Virus record (IMG/VR): IMGVR_UViG_3300033145_003180
Length of the DNA stretch: 64,000 bases
Reading direction: 5' to 3' (one strand)
DNA from: an uncultured virus (IMG/VR IMGVR_UViG_3300033145_003180)
Lineage: Duplodnaviria > Heunggongvirae > Uroviricota > Caudoviricetes
Positions within the stretch are counted from its first letter, which is position 1, and each line of letters opens with the position of its first letter. A program made the translations under genes and the position numbers. This document shows, piece after piece, positions 20,352 through 31,600 of the stretch. The notes under the pieces are model-generated. The model was not told the origin of the DNA, did no database searches, and saw nothing but the letters and a program-made list of their open reading frames with translations.

Positions 20352-21941
20352 TTATGGTTTAACCAGAAACTTCGGACCTTTTATCCAGACAGCCACCGTT
20401 CCAAGAGCAGTTAACCCCACCAATCCTGCAGCTGTTACCCATGATGTGTAATTGATATCAATAACTGGCGGGGTACTTCCTGCTGTAAGAGTTACATCCA
20501 ACTCTTTATCCTCATCCATTGTTACCTGCTGTGTATCTGTGGTATATCCTGTTTTTGATGTTGTAACAGTTTTTACAGATCCTGCAGCTAAATCAGGGAA
20601 TATACATTGTCCATTGCTTCCAGAGTTTTGTGTGGTCTCACCCGTGACAGCAACAGTACATCCAGTAGGAACAGTATTTACAGTAAGTGTGTATGTTCCT
20701 GCAGGGCAATCAGCAGGGCATGTTGCATGCGTCTCTCCGATTTCAGGACTGCATATACCATCACCACAAAAGAGATCGGTACCACCGGATACGGAAAAAG
20801 TCATTATCTCCTGATCGAGTGGTGTCTCGGCTGGATCAAAAGGATCAGTATATCTCAAGTCGAATGCTTGTATCAAAACAAGATGACTGCCTGTAGATCC
20901 CGAAGGGCAATATATCTTTCCTTCGATATTTACACTATTACCTGGACTTACCGTAGCAAATGTTGTTATATCTTCTTTAAGACTAACAGAATTGCCGTCT
21001 AGTTCCCATGACAGCTGATCAATAGGAGGGAGATAATTCTCTGGTGTGTTTGCGAATGTTTGACCCTGATCATTTTTCCATTGTGTAATAGCACTAGCAT
21101 GGAATATCGGCATGAATAATATTTCACCACTTACACTCACAAGATGCAATTGGATGACAGGGCTTGTTCCTTCCCACAGACAATTAGATCGCCACTGTTT
21201 CGATGTTTGGGTAGCAAGTTTGTAAAGAGCACCATTCCACACTTCATCACCTGAGTCAACAGCACCATCTCCATTATTGTCCTTGATTACACCAAGTTTA
21301 ACATAAGGTTGATCCCAAGAACCTCCGCTAGGTCCTACATTAAATGTTGCCCTAAATTCCAAATAGTCTCCTTCATCTGGGTTATCAGATATGACAGGGA
21401 AATGAACACAGCTTTTGGCGCTGTCAATTGATACAAATGATGGTGATAATTCAGTAGTTAACATACGAACCGTGCTGGTTGTAAGACTTGTATATCCTGT
21501 CAGCATCGTTCCTCTCACCGAGAAACTTTCCGTATTGTATGATACCCCATAACTTGGAAAGGCGAGAACGGCCAGAGATATGACCAATGACAAAACAACG
21601 ACAACCGACATGACAAGAGCTAGAGATCTTCCAACCTTCCATCTTGGTCGAGTGAACATAACTTTCCTTCCAGTAAGCTTACACAATATCAATATACTGG
21701 AGAAAGCCACTATAATTGCTGGTAGAATCATCCAAGGTAATGATAGATCAAGGCCACCTGTTAAAAATATAAAAGCCATACCAGTTAGCCAACCTGCAGT
21801 TGCGCCAAATAATACCATGAAAAACATAAGAAGGTTGTTTCTATCTTCGATAATCAAAATAGATATAGCACCAGCCACTATTGCACCTAGAAGCCCACAT
21901 ACCAACATCTGGTCAAGCAGAAACGGCAACACTTTATCCAC
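20352..21941 (-). CDS. multi-TM surface protein with Cys-rich (CGDGIC...CPADC) and PEGA-like domains
   Basis: 4 N-terminal TMs; motifs visible; C-terminal TM. Confidence 0.8.
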   Translation of the reverse strand: MDKVLPFLLDQMLVCGLLGAIVAGAISILIIEDRNNLLMFFMVLFGATAGWLTGMAFIFLTGGLDLSLPWMILPAIIVAFSSILILCKLTGRKVMFTRPRWKVGRSLALVMSVVVVLSLVISLAVLAFPSYGVSYNTESFSVRGTMLTGYTSLTTSTVRMLTTELSPSFVSIDSAKSCVHFPVISDNPDEGDYLEFRATFNVGPSGGSWDQPYVKLGVIKDNNGDGAVDSGDEVWNGALYKLATQTSKQWRSNCLWEGTSPVIQLHLVSVSGEILFMPIFHASAITQWKNDQGQTFANTPENYLPPIDQLSWELDGNSVSLKEDITTFATVSPGNSVNIEGKIYCPSGSTGSHLVLIQAFDLRYTDPFDPAETPLDQEIMTFSVSGGTDLFCGDGICSPEIGETHATCPADCPAGTYTLTVNTVPTGCTVAVTGETTQNSGSNGQCIFPDLAAGSVKTVTTSKTGYTTDTQQVTMDEDKELDVTLTAGSTPPVIDINYTSWVTAAGLVGLTALGTVAVWIKGPKFLVKP

Positions 21942-22221
21942 TCCCCTTTCCTGTTATCAGTCCGATGCCTTCTTTACCTGCAGCTTTAGCAGCACCGCTA
22001 GCTCCAGATATTATCCCAAGACCTTTGCCACCAAACAATACATTTTTTATGATCAGCACAAAAATAATTGCGAGAATTAAAAATATCGCAATAGGCACGA
22101 TATTTGCAGTGATTGTAAGAATGATAAAGATAAAAACTATCATCATTATGATCACAGCTATCATCCCGACCAAACCATCATCAGCTTGTCTAAAATCTCT
22201 AAAACCTTTCAGTTTCATCAT
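21934..22221 (-). CDS. small membrane protein
   Basis: 2 TM; the start FRQADDGL followed by a hydrophobic stretch loosely resembles a class III (pilin-like) signal. Confidence 0.65.
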   Translation of the reverse strand: MMKLKGFRDFRQADDGLVGMIAVIIMMIVFIFIILTITANIVPIAIFLILAIIFVLIIKNVLFGGKGLGIISGASGAAKAAGKEGIGLITGKGSG

Positions 22222-22829
22222 TTTTTTACCACTTTCCTTTTTCGTCTTTGACTTATTTCCTCAATTCCTTTTCTGAAATCTCTCATTCCTTTTTTAAAAC
22301 TTCCCCTCCAAGATCTAATAACAAAAGCAAATGCAAAAAAGCCCCAAATAGGCATTGTCAACCAGAATATACCAGGAGCAGCAATGCTAAAAGCACCCCA
22401 TCCTAGAAATGCTACACCACCCCATGTAATGTATATCGGAGCAAAAAAATTGTCAAAAATATCACTTTCACCAACATTAAAAGACCATGTGATAAGATTA
22501 TTACCGACCAAATTGGTCAATGGATCAAACGTCCACAATTCCAGTCTCCATGCACCTTGTTGCGGAAATGCTGGAACATGTATTGATTCATCATTTATCC
22601 AATGAAGATCACCACTATGCTCAATGCTGGCATCTATAAAATAAACAATGTCACCAGATGGGTTCTTTAGTTCCCACCGGACTCTGCCAGGTTCCCATAA
22701 ATATGTAATATACAGTGGTTGACCATTATTAGTCGGTATCCTACTATTTGCAGAAAGGGTAAATGGAATAGTTGTTGTTTCTCCAGTCTCGAATGTTTGG
22801 GAGGCCGATACATTTCCAACACTACTCAT
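22218..22829 (-). CDS. membrane protein, paralog of 22874-23548
   Basis: Shared PAF..G.W motif, C-terminal TMs and basic tail; start probably further upstream. Confidence 0.7.
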   Translation of the reverse strand: MSSVGNVSASQTFETGETTTIPFTLSANSRIPTNNGQPLYITYLWEPGRVRWELKNPSGDIVYFIDASIEHSGDLHWINDESIHVPAFPQQGAWRLELWTFDPLTNLVGNNLITWSFNVGESDIFDNFFAPIYITWGGVAFLGWGAFSIAAPGIFWLTMPIWGFFAFAFVIRSWRGSFKKGMRDFRKGIEEISQRRKRKVVKK

Positions 22830-22873
22830 AATAAAAATTAATCCTAAAAAGAAAGAAAAAAAGAAAAGAGAGT

Positions 22874-23548
22874 TTAGCTTCTTTTTGCTCGGCTGCGTCT
22901 TAGTTTCCCCCTTTGTTCTTTAGCCGTGTCCAACATTCGTTTTGTCATATCCACAAATCCACCGGCAGAATGAGTAACCATAGCACAGAAAGCTATCCAT
23001 ACTAGAGGGACCCAAAGAAGGAAACCAGGTATAAGAGCGTATGAAAGTATCTTATGACCAAAGAAATACCATGGATAAAGGAAGATGTTAGGTAATATAT
23101 CTCCAGAACTGCCACATGGAATTCCCTGATATATATAACCATCCCAATTTATGCTATGTGACGACCCGTCTATGAATGTTACTTTGCAACTTGCAAGCCA
23201 GTTACCTTTAGCAGCAAAAGCAGGAAGAGTGAATGTTGTAGCGTCTGCAAAATACCATGTAGTTCCATCTAGATATTTTGTAGAGGGGGGATGTTCTATA
23301 GTAGTAACATGATGAAAGGTTGGATCATATATAGTCCAAGTAATCTTTGTAGGTTCTACACTGAACATATGTACATACCCAGATTCCATGGGAGTCATTA
23401 ACGGATAATCACTACCAGCACCAAAACTTGACCCGTCAGCGATTTCAGCATCTGTCGCCTCAACTGTTGAAATTGTGTCTGCTACCGCCAGTTGAGAAAA
23501 AGAAAGTATTGCTAGAACTAGCAATACGCCAATTAATATTTTTCGCAT
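22874..23548 (-). CDS. secreted or membrane protein
   Basis: MRKILIG signal peptide after GGAGGT RBS. Confidence 0.75.
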   Translation of the reverse strand: MRKILIGVLLVLAILSFSQLAVADTISTVEATDAEIADGSSFGAGSDYPLMTPMESGYVHMFSVEPTKITWTIYDPTFHHVTTIEHPPSTKYLDGTTWYFADATTFTLPAFAAKGNWLASCKVTFIDGSSHSINWDGYIYQGIPCGSSGDILPNIFLYPWYFFGHKILSYALIPGFLLWVPLVWIAFCAMVTHSAGGFVDMTKRMLDTAKEQRGKLRRSRAKRS

Positions 23549-23568
23549 CTTTTTACCTCCGGGGCAGT

Positions 23569-24717
23569 TTACCACTTTTTCCAGATGACAATTCCAGCTA
23601 CGATAAGTACACCAGCAAACACCATAACTAGCCACATTGGAAACGGACCGACTGAGCTTGTGAAGAAATCTACACCAGCATCTACAGTACCGTCACCAAC
23701 CGCTCCATTTCCAGCAACTGTCCATACAAATTCCCATTCGTTTGAAGAGTATGCTGTGAACACTGTAAAATCTTCTGTAGATATTGATCCCTGTTCCCAC
23801 TCATCATCATCAAGCTGTACGTCGTTCAAATAGATATCAAGAGTGCTATAACTCAATGTGTCAAAATAGTCCCCATATACACTATGGGTAGTGACCAAAT
23901 CCCAGTCAACACAGTTCGTTAAAAGCTCATCTGATTTCAGTTTGATCGTTACAGTATGAGTTCGACTAGATATATCCTCTTCGACACTATAGACATAAGG
24001 TCCACGTTTTTGATACTGAGAATAATTGATATCATAAGAGTTGTTTGCTATTGTAGTCATTCTATAATTGGATGGTGTTGGTGTTCCTACCGAGTGAGAT
24101 GGATAAGTTACCGTGATATTAAAATCAGTCAGAGTGTATCCAATAGTGTGAGACACATTACAACTGTCATTCACTACCCAATATGAACCTGCCATTGTCG
24201 GACCAACACTAGGAGAATTTACATCCTTCTCTTTGATCACCATATTGCTTGCGAGCCATGTGGTGATATTTCCGTCATCAGCTGTAACTGTTATAGCGAT
24301 ATCATTTGTTGCAGCACTGGCGTTGAATGCAAAGTTCAGGTAACTAGATGTATTATCTACACCTGCTGTTTCCATCTGAGCCAATGTTGTCAGATTGGAA
24401 ACACCATCTGTATAGTTGCCTGTAGTATTACACATCACTCCGTTAACTGAGAGATTAAAATAACCGATACCTCCGTCACCTGTCAGATTCCACACTACAG
24501 ATGTAAGATTTTCAATATTACAAGGTAGTGTAATGTTTCTGTAAACCTCTGTTGTCGTGCCATTATGATAATAGACTATATCAAGATCACAAGTCGCAGC
24601 TGGTACTGTAATATCATCCCTATATGTATGCCACACTGTTGCAGCAGAAGCTGCTGATGCAAACAGGACTGCTATTAAGGCAATCCCTAATATTGCTAAT
24701 GATTTATTATGTTTCAT
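23569..24717 (-). CDS. surface glycoprotein-like protein
   Basis: Signal peptide, many N-x-S/T sequons, C-terminal TM; GGAGGTGA RBS. Confidence 0.8.
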   Translation of the reverse strand: MKHNKSLAILGIALIAVLFASAASAATVWHTYRDDITVPAATCDLDIVYYHNGTTTEVYRNITLPCNIENLTSVVWNLTGDGGIGYFNLSVNGVMCNTTGNYTDGVSNLTTLAQMETAGVDNTSSYLNFAFNASAATNDIAITVTADDGNITTWLASNMVIKEKDVNSPSVGPTMAGSYWVVNDSCNVSHTIGYTLTDFNITVTYPSHSVGTPTPSNYRMTTIANNSYDINYSQYQKRGPYVYSVEEDISSRTHTVTIKLKSDELLTNCVDWDLVTTHSVYGDYFDTLSYSTLDIYLNDVQLDDDEWEQGSISTEDFTVFTAYSSNEWEFVWTVAGNGAVGDGTVDAGVDFFTSSVGPFPMWLVMVFAGVLIVAGIVIWKKW

Positions 24718-24766
24718 AGTTTTTCACCTCCAATAAAGAAAAGATAAAGGGTATTTATCTCTTTCT

Positions 24767-25396
24767 CTACGTGGTGACTATGAAACTTATCACATCAGCG
24801 TAACTTGCATCCTTTTGGTATACATACATGTAATTTGTATATGACTGACCATCTTGGAATGTACCTGCAACTGCAGTTTCCAAAGTGAATGTGACAGTAA
24901 CTGCTATCTCTCCACCTGGTGCCATTCCGCCTGGTATTTCATATCCTGGAACGATATATGCTCCATCATGGTACAGTTTGTATGTTGCACCACCGACAGT
25001 TATCGAAAACTCAGTTGAGTCAGTCTCTAAGTTGTCGTGAAGACCATACCTATCAGTGATTGGATTATACAATGTGATATAAGTAGGTTCCTCGGCACTA
25101 CGAGCCTCATCCGTATTTTCTATAGTGAGAGTATCAGTCACATCTACTTCAGCTGCGCAACTTCCGTCAGCAGCAACAGTAGCAGTATGAACAAATGTCC
25201 CAGAAGTTAAAGTCGCTGTAACTGAAGCGGGTGGGTTCGCCACGTCTATACTAGCTTGGTACGCCATTCCACGTGAGAATGCCGCATCAACATCCGTCTG
25301 CATCCAATAATACGTTCCTGCAGCCGCTACAACAGCTCCGATACACAGAAATGCCACAGCAAGTGCAAAAACATTGCTTTGTTTTTTCTTTCCCAT
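24767..25396 (-). CDS. N-terminally anchored protein, candidate major structural protein
   Basis: First gene after an intergenic promoter; paralog of the 4425-5327 C-terminal domain. Confidence 0.75.
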   Translation of the reverse strand: MGKKKQSNVFALAVAFLCIGAVVAAAGTYYWMQTDVDAAFSRGMAYQASIDVANPPASVTATLTSGTFVHTATVAADGSCAAEVDVTDTLTIENTDEARSAEEPTYITLYNPITDRYGLHDNLETDSTEFSITVGGATYKLYHDGAYIVPGYEIPGGMAPGGEIAVTVTFTLETAVAGTFQDGQSYTNYMYVYQKDASYADVISFIVTT

Positions 25397-25507
25397 TTAT
25401 TTCACGTCCAAATTTCAATTATAAAAAAGAGAAATACTACAGGGTTTATATTGGGATATTTAAATGAGAATGGTTAAAAGGAGAGAATGAAGAGGGGTTT
25501 GAGTCTC

Positions 25508-26041
25508 TCAAACTTCGTTGTTTATATACCTTTCGCCTAAAAAGACTATGAGAAACGTGAAAACCGAAATAATTATAATGGAATATACAACAAAAGGCAG
25601 GGTGTTGAAATTAATGATTTCGGGATTATTATGTATATTGCCAGACAGCAAATAAATATATTGATACATAATGTTAGATGGGATAAATATGTCTAATATC
25701 ATCCAGAAAACAGTAGTAATAATCGCCATCGCCACTCCGATTTTAATGGGCAACGGGATCTTAGGTGGAGCATAATAACGTTTTCCCTTATCATAAACTG
25801 TCGAGAGTTTACCACTGTCGATAAGATCGCTGAGTAATTTATGAACTTGCCCTTCAGATATTTTAAACTCTTTCCGTATCTTTTCTTGTATATCCTTAAG
25901 TTGTGTATAATTTCCTTTGAGATAGTTTTTAGCGATGAACGACTTTATCTCGGATTTAATCTGGTTGTTATAAGCATTACCCTGAACTTTCATTAATCTA
26001 TAATGAGCCACAATATTACCATCCAGCCTGCATGCGGACAC
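25508..26041 (-). CDS. winged-HTH protein with 2 C-terminal TM helices
   Basis: ISEGQVHKLLSDLIDSGKL..KRYY followed by hydrophobic segments; start uncertain. Confidence 0.65.
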   Translation of the reverse strand: MSACRLDGNIVAHYRLMKVQGNAYNNQIKSEIKSFIAKNYLKGNYTQLKDIQEKIRKEFKISEGQVHKLLSDLIDSGKLSTVYDKGKRYYAPPKIPLPIKIGVAMAIITTVFWMILDIFIPSNIMYQYIYLLSGNIHNNPEIINFNTLPFVVYSIIIISVFTFLIVFLGERYINNEV

Positions 26042-26378
26042 TACTGATCAATGATCCTGGATCTGGAACTGTAATACCTAAAAACTCAGTCAGGACTATA
26101 AACACTATCATTCCAGCGATAATGCACATGATAAATACTGTAAACTTTTTCAAAAAGACCAGAGCCAACAGCACCAATATAAGGATTGTTAGAATACCCA
26201 GTGTTCCATTTATCAATATAGGGCCTAGAATATTACTGGTTGGCGTTCCAGATCCTAATATCTGTTCATATAAAGCTTTACCAATAGGAATAATAACATC
26301 TGCAAAAAATAGTCCAAGTCCAAAACCAGCAATGTTAATTAATGATCCAATAGGACTGAACGTAACTTTTTTAACCAT
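26016..26378 (-). CDS. membrane protein
   Basis: 3 TM. Confidence 0.7.
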   Translation of the reverse strand: MVKKVTFSPIGSLINIAGFGLGLFFADVIIPIGKALYEQILGSGTPTSNILGPILINGTLGILTILILVLLALVFLKKFTVFIMCIIAGMIVFIVLTEFLGITVPDPGSLISSVRMQAGW

Positions 26379-26411
26379 TTTTCACCGTATACTAATCAAC
26401 ATAGGGGTTAT

Positions 26412-26675
26412 TTACTTTTTCTTTATAGATGTTTCCCGTTTTTTGATCCTATGGCGTTTTCGGTAATGATGAGTTCTCTTTTTAGGTTTGACCAGAATAT
26501 ATCCACTAGGGTGTGGTTTTGTTTTGTTGCATTGGTTTACTTTGGACATCTTGCCATTGATTGTAGTATCAACTTGTCCAGTAATACGGCAACCATCAGG
26601 TTTTCCACGATGAAGGCCTTTCCTGTCAAGATATATATTGCCCATCACTTTTTGATCGCTCATCACAAAAAACAA
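26412..26675 (-). CDS. small basic protein
   Basis: K/R/H-rich C-terminus; follows operator copy 3. Confidence 0.55.
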   Translation of the reverse strand: MFFVMSDQKVMGNIYLDRKGLHRGKPDGCRITGQVDTTINGKMSKVNQCNKTKPHPSGYILVKPKKRTHHYRKRHRIKKRETSIKKK

Positions 26676-26699
26676 TACGATAACAATTAATAAGACTTT

Positions 26700-26716
26700 C
26701 CAGGAAAAAATTCCGT
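26700..26716 (-). promoter_or_regulatory. palindromic operator (copy 3)
   Basis: ccaggaaaaaattccgt next to TTATTAAT. Confidence 0.7.
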
Positions 26717-27613
26717 TTATTTTTTACTGCTTTTTTTACTAACTGGTCTGGAACGATTGGTTGTTGATATTGCTATTATAATCGCTGCTAATATAATAGA
26801 TAATGCTAAAAGAACCATGTAGCTATCCTGTTGCACCGTAGATGGTGGTTCATATACTTCATCATCTTCAGGTGTGCCGAAAACACCAACTCCCCCTCCT
26901 GCTCCTCCACCGACTGCAACTGCTCCCGATGTATCAAAAACAAGAAATGCACTTGCGGGAGGAACACCCGAAAAATAGATCCTGGTTTCACCCACAAATG
27001 TTGTTGATGGAAAAATAGAATATATACTATCCGATCCGCCAGATACTGCAAACGTGTCCGATCCAGTGTCTAGCACAACCCCATCTACCGTTCTTGTCAG
27101 TTCCCAAGTCACTGTTATATCTGATTCATGTAATCCCTCGTTTTCAACGGTGCAGATAATACTCAGAGATGGTACTACAGCATCAAGAACTATGATATTT
27201 CTTATGTCAAATAACGTGAAAGCTGTTACTGATATATTTGCACCGACAAAATCTGTTGTATATACACCTATTGATCCATTATAGCTGAACGCTCGGTAAT
27301 AATAGTGATTCCCCACAACAACGGTTCCGTCTATGAACGAATTGCTAGTGGAGTTATATATCTCAGTGCCATCTAGTAGGCTAACTGGATATGAATCTGG
27401 TTTTCTTACAATTACTGTAGTATCGGCATAAAGACCTATCGTCCAATTTATCATAACGGTTTCAGACGGCGTGAGAGATACACTGAAAACAGACGGAGGG
27501 GACACAGCTCGTATTGTAATATTGAAATTACTGTTGAAATCAGCAGGAACGCAAATAGCGCTAGCTAATATAATCATAATGAAGATTGTTGTTATGAAAT
27601 TTATCTTCGCCAT
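26717..27613 (-). CDS. surface protein with FN3/Ig-like domains
   Basis: Signal peptide, YYYRAFSYN, Gly linker, C-terminal TM. Confidence 0.75.
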   Translation of the reverse strand: MAKINFITTIFIMIILASAICVPADFNSNFNITIRAVSPPSVFSVSLTPSETVMINWTIGLYADTTVIVRKPDSYPVSLLDGTEIYNSTSNSFIDGTVVVGNHYYYRAFSYNGSIGVYTTDFVGANISVTAFTLFDIRNIIVLDAVVPSLSIICTVENEGLHESDITVTWELTRTVDGVVLDTGSDTFAVSGGSDSIYSIFPSTTFVGETRIYFSGVPPASAFLVFDTSGAVAVGGGAGGGVGVFGTPEDDEVYEPPSTVQQDSYMVLLALSIILAAIIIAISTTNRSRPVSKKSSKK

Positions 27614-28611
27614 TTCAAAAACCCTACCAATAATATACATACTATAACAATAATTATCAATAAACTATATTGGGATAAAACAGAAATAATTCCCGCATCG
27701 CTTGTTTCACCTGTCGTCAACATTTTTGTCATGGAGAGGAAATCATCTCCTATTGCTTCGATTTTATATTCGTAGTCTTTCCGGGTTTCTGGCACCATGA
27801 ATGTTGCTTGCCCGTTTCTATCTATAGGTTTTGTGACACCGTTAAACACCACTTTCACATCATCTGGGATTTCACGCCACGTCCCTGCAGGATCACCATA
27901 CGTGACTTTGACAGTGAACTCCTCCCCTTTTGTTATCGAACTAGGGGTATCTATATATAATGGAAACTTGAAAGATATTAATACCCGCAGATCAACCCCG
28001 CCAACCATGAATCCTGATGTTTTTTCTTCTTGAGATGATCCTCTCAGATGCATCTCCCAATGCTTGTTTTTATTTTCTTTGACATAACTATCGGATGAAT
28101 CGTAAACAATGCTGATACGACATGCGCCATGACTGCTTATCTTCTCTTGTGTAATCCATGTTGGATACATTTGATTTTCCAACGGAACGAGGGTGAAGTT
28201 CTCATATCCTCTAATCGAGAAGCAATCATATTCATCTCGAGGTAACGGATCGAAAAAAGTTAGATGGCCGCCACATTTAGGGCAGTTCCCATCTAGTACG
28301 TCGCCATATGCATAATTTGTAATGACTTCATGCCTCTGAAATGATTCATCACAGTTATCACATATTACTCTTGTATGACCAATCTCAGATTCGACGATAT
28401 TAAAATTTCCTATGTATGTATATGGTATAAATAATGAAAATATACCATATTGAGGATACGGTTCATCGTTAATAAGAGTCGCTTCCCCTATCACATCTGT
28501 ATTTATCTGGTTGCTACAAAATACTTCACTCGGACCGAAACCCATTCTTCCTGATGCATAAGGCATTAATATAACCAAACAAATCGCAATTAACATCCAT
28601 TTTTTTTTCAT
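27601..28611 (-). CDS. surface protein with CxxC pairs and Ig-like domain
   Basis: Signal peptide, CDNC and CPKC, C-terminal TM. Confidence 0.75.
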   Translation of the reverse strand: MKKKWMLIAICLVILMPYASGRMGFGPSEVFCSNQINTDVIGEATLINDEPYPQYGIFSLFIPYTYIGNFNIVESEIGHTRVICDNCDESFQRHEVITNYAYGDVLDGNCPKCGGHLTFFDPLPRDEYDCFSIRGYENFTLVPLENQMYPTWITQEKISSHGACRISIVYDSSDSYVKENKNKHWEMHLRGSSQEEKTSGFMVGGVDLRVLISFKFPLYIDTPSSITKGEEFTVKVTYGDPAGTWREIPDDVKVVFNGVTKPIDRNGQATFMVPETRKDYEYKIEAIGDDFLSMTKMLTTGETSDAGIISVLSQYSLLIIIVIVCILLVGFLKWRR

Positions 28612-28648
28612 TTTCTCATTTCCATTATTGCTTTCATTTAATATAAAG

Positions 28649-31600
28649 TTAATGTTTAATCAAGGTGGCTGTAACAGTTATTTGCTGCTGGTCACCAACC
28701 CCAGTTGCAGAGGGGGCATCAAATCTTAAATCAAAAGTCTCATTGTTACCTATTGGTATGATTTCGGATATTGTAGTTTGAGAAGCGGTTATTATCTGAA
28801 ATTCATCAATCCATATATTTATGCTTGCGTTTAGACGGTAAATATTAACATCTGGTTCGTTGCCTGACGTGGCAGCAGTCCAATCAGCACCATCATTTGT
28901 TATCTGTAGCTTTAAATCTGTATCAACGGTGGTGTCATTCAAGTTCGCTAGGAATGTTTTACTATTATTCGTCCATTCACTCGAACCCATCACAACATTG
29001 CCTAATGCCCAAGTCAGATTATTTATATCTAACCATATGAAATCTGATACGTTTGGCAAAAAATAATTATTTGTGGTGTTGCGGTCAAATCCATCATACG
29101 CATAGAACTGAACAGAGTAATTTCCAGCTGTGAGTAATGAACTATATGAATATAATGCCCCTGTGGTATTGAGACCACTTATCCAGGCCATGCTTTGATT
29201 TGTGTACCATCCTGTCCTACTGATATTTACCACCAGATAACCATCCGTTGGGTCATTGCCATTAACATCAGCCCAAGTTATATTATAATAAAATGTTGTT
29301 TGGCTGTCAAAACCAGTATCTGGTGAAATAGACGGGGATGTTAATTCGGGTGCTTCATTCACTATTAACCAATAAGTGTTATTCGTCCAAAGCACACCAT
29401 CGGTTGCATTTACACTCCACCAGTATTCACCACCTGTAAAATTGCTATTGTTTTGCCTTATGGTCACTGCATTACCTGATACGTCAACACTCATGTTAGT
29501 TGCAAACTGTGCCCAACTACCACTACTATTACTTAGCCAGTAGACATCTAACGAATTGCTGTCGGTGTCGTTTACGTCTATGGTTAAAGTTGGGTTTGAT
29601 GTTATGGTTGAGCCGTTTGTGGGCGAGGGGTTTGTGACATTAGGGTTATAGTCGCCATATACATTCATCACAAGCTGTGTACACTTAGGCGTAACAACCT
29701 TTTCCTCCATAGTCAATAACAGATTCAAAGCGGAAATATCCGAAGGTGTCCAGGCGTTTCCAGTTATTGGGTTGATAGAGAAGTTTCTAATCACAGTGTA
29801 CCACGTATATACATCTGGGTTGTTTTCCTTAAAAAGATAATCCAGTGTCTCACTGTTGGACTTCAGCCCGAAACCATATTTATTTCCTTTGTCGGTAGTG
29901 TACATCTTGAATTTTATAGAGACATAGTCAACTTGGTAATTACTGTCTATTGCTTCGTAATCATAATACTCTGTGTACATGCCTGGGGGATAAGTTGCCG
30001 TATCCACTTCTACATAAGTAGTATTGTCATCTGGGGAAGCATATGTATCGTCTATGCATCCGTAATTAGTCGAACCTGTATTATGGGTGAAAAGATAATG
30101 GGAACTGTTTAGATCTGCATTGGGTGATATTTGAGTGGTTGTACCATATGAATAAGCATCGGTGCAATAGGTATAGAACGTCTCGTTGACCCATGTTGCC
30201 CCACATGTCATATTCACTGACCATGTGTAAGTTGTGTTGTACTGCGACATCCAACTCGTATTCGTCAAAACAGGATTGACGTTATAGTAATTGTATTGAA
30301 GGTCTCTCCACGTTCCAGATACTAATCCCCTGAATATCACGGAAGGAGCATTACCCGCCACACCATCAATATGAACGGTCATCTCAGGCGAAGTGGTTGT
30401 GCTGTCCTCTAATCCTTCCACCCAGTCAATAGTGGGGGTCGAATCTGAAAATGTGGTAAAGTTCTGCGTCCTGTTGATCCAGTAAGTCCCATCGGTTACG
30501 TTTATGCTCCACCAGTATTCCGTATCCGTGTTGTCAAATGCAGATGCGAAGTAAATCAAGTCGTCCCCCGTATCCACGTTGCTCCATGTCTTGAGAGTTG
30601 CCCAACTGCCAGAGGCGTTGGTGCGATAATACACAGTCATAGTATCTCCGTCAAAGTCTGCAACATCACAATCAAGGATAGTGACGTTAGACGGTGCGGT
30701 GTGCATTCTATAGGGGTACATATTCTGTAATGCTGGGTAACTGGGGTATTTATATTTTAATGTGGGGTCACCAAAGAAATTAAAATGCCGTCTACTATTA
30801 GCAACTATATCCTCAAATGTTTCCGATGCGACAACACCTATTGTCCTGTTTCCTTCAAATAAATTTAGTAAAAACGGCTCCAAAACAGTACACCCACCAA
30901 CAGTCATTGTGGTAGCTGCTCCGAACCCTGCAAATGCCCCACCCTTTGCTGTTATTACATGAGGAAGAGTTGGGGAAGTAGCAATAAAGTTAGAAGCTGA
31001 ACATGACTGTGGCAATGCAAAATACGGATGTGAATCATTTGTAAAATTCTCATAAAGACTTGTATATGGTGTTGTCTCATTATAGTCATCACCTCCATGT
31101 GTTGAACTGATATACATCGCAAACCCATGAGGCCAACTGCCATCTTCACAGTTCAGCATAGGAACAAGACTATCGTTTCTTGTAGTGATGTTTATGCAGT
31201 TTTCCAGTTGAACACTGCTTTCGTTAACATCTTCTGGAAATGTTATTTTACCGCTGTCATACCAAGGCCCAAGAGTAGTGGAAATATTCAACCCCTTCCC
31301 GCTCAAAGCATCCGTCCAAATATCATCTACACTCCATGATGCAACCGAACGCTCATCATCAAGTATTACATAATGTCCAAACTGGCTGTCGGTATTCGAT
31401 AACGCCTTGTAGTTCTTGGTCTTGGTAAACATATTTGTCCATTCAGTATCATTAGCAAAAATAAATCTACCCACTGTTATATCAACTGAGTGGTCATACG
31501 AATCGTCTGTAGCAACTCCGCCATAATGCGTTTGATTATCTAGTATATTCTGAGTGCTATCGAGACAACCGAAAAACAACAGGTCACTAGGCCCACTGCT

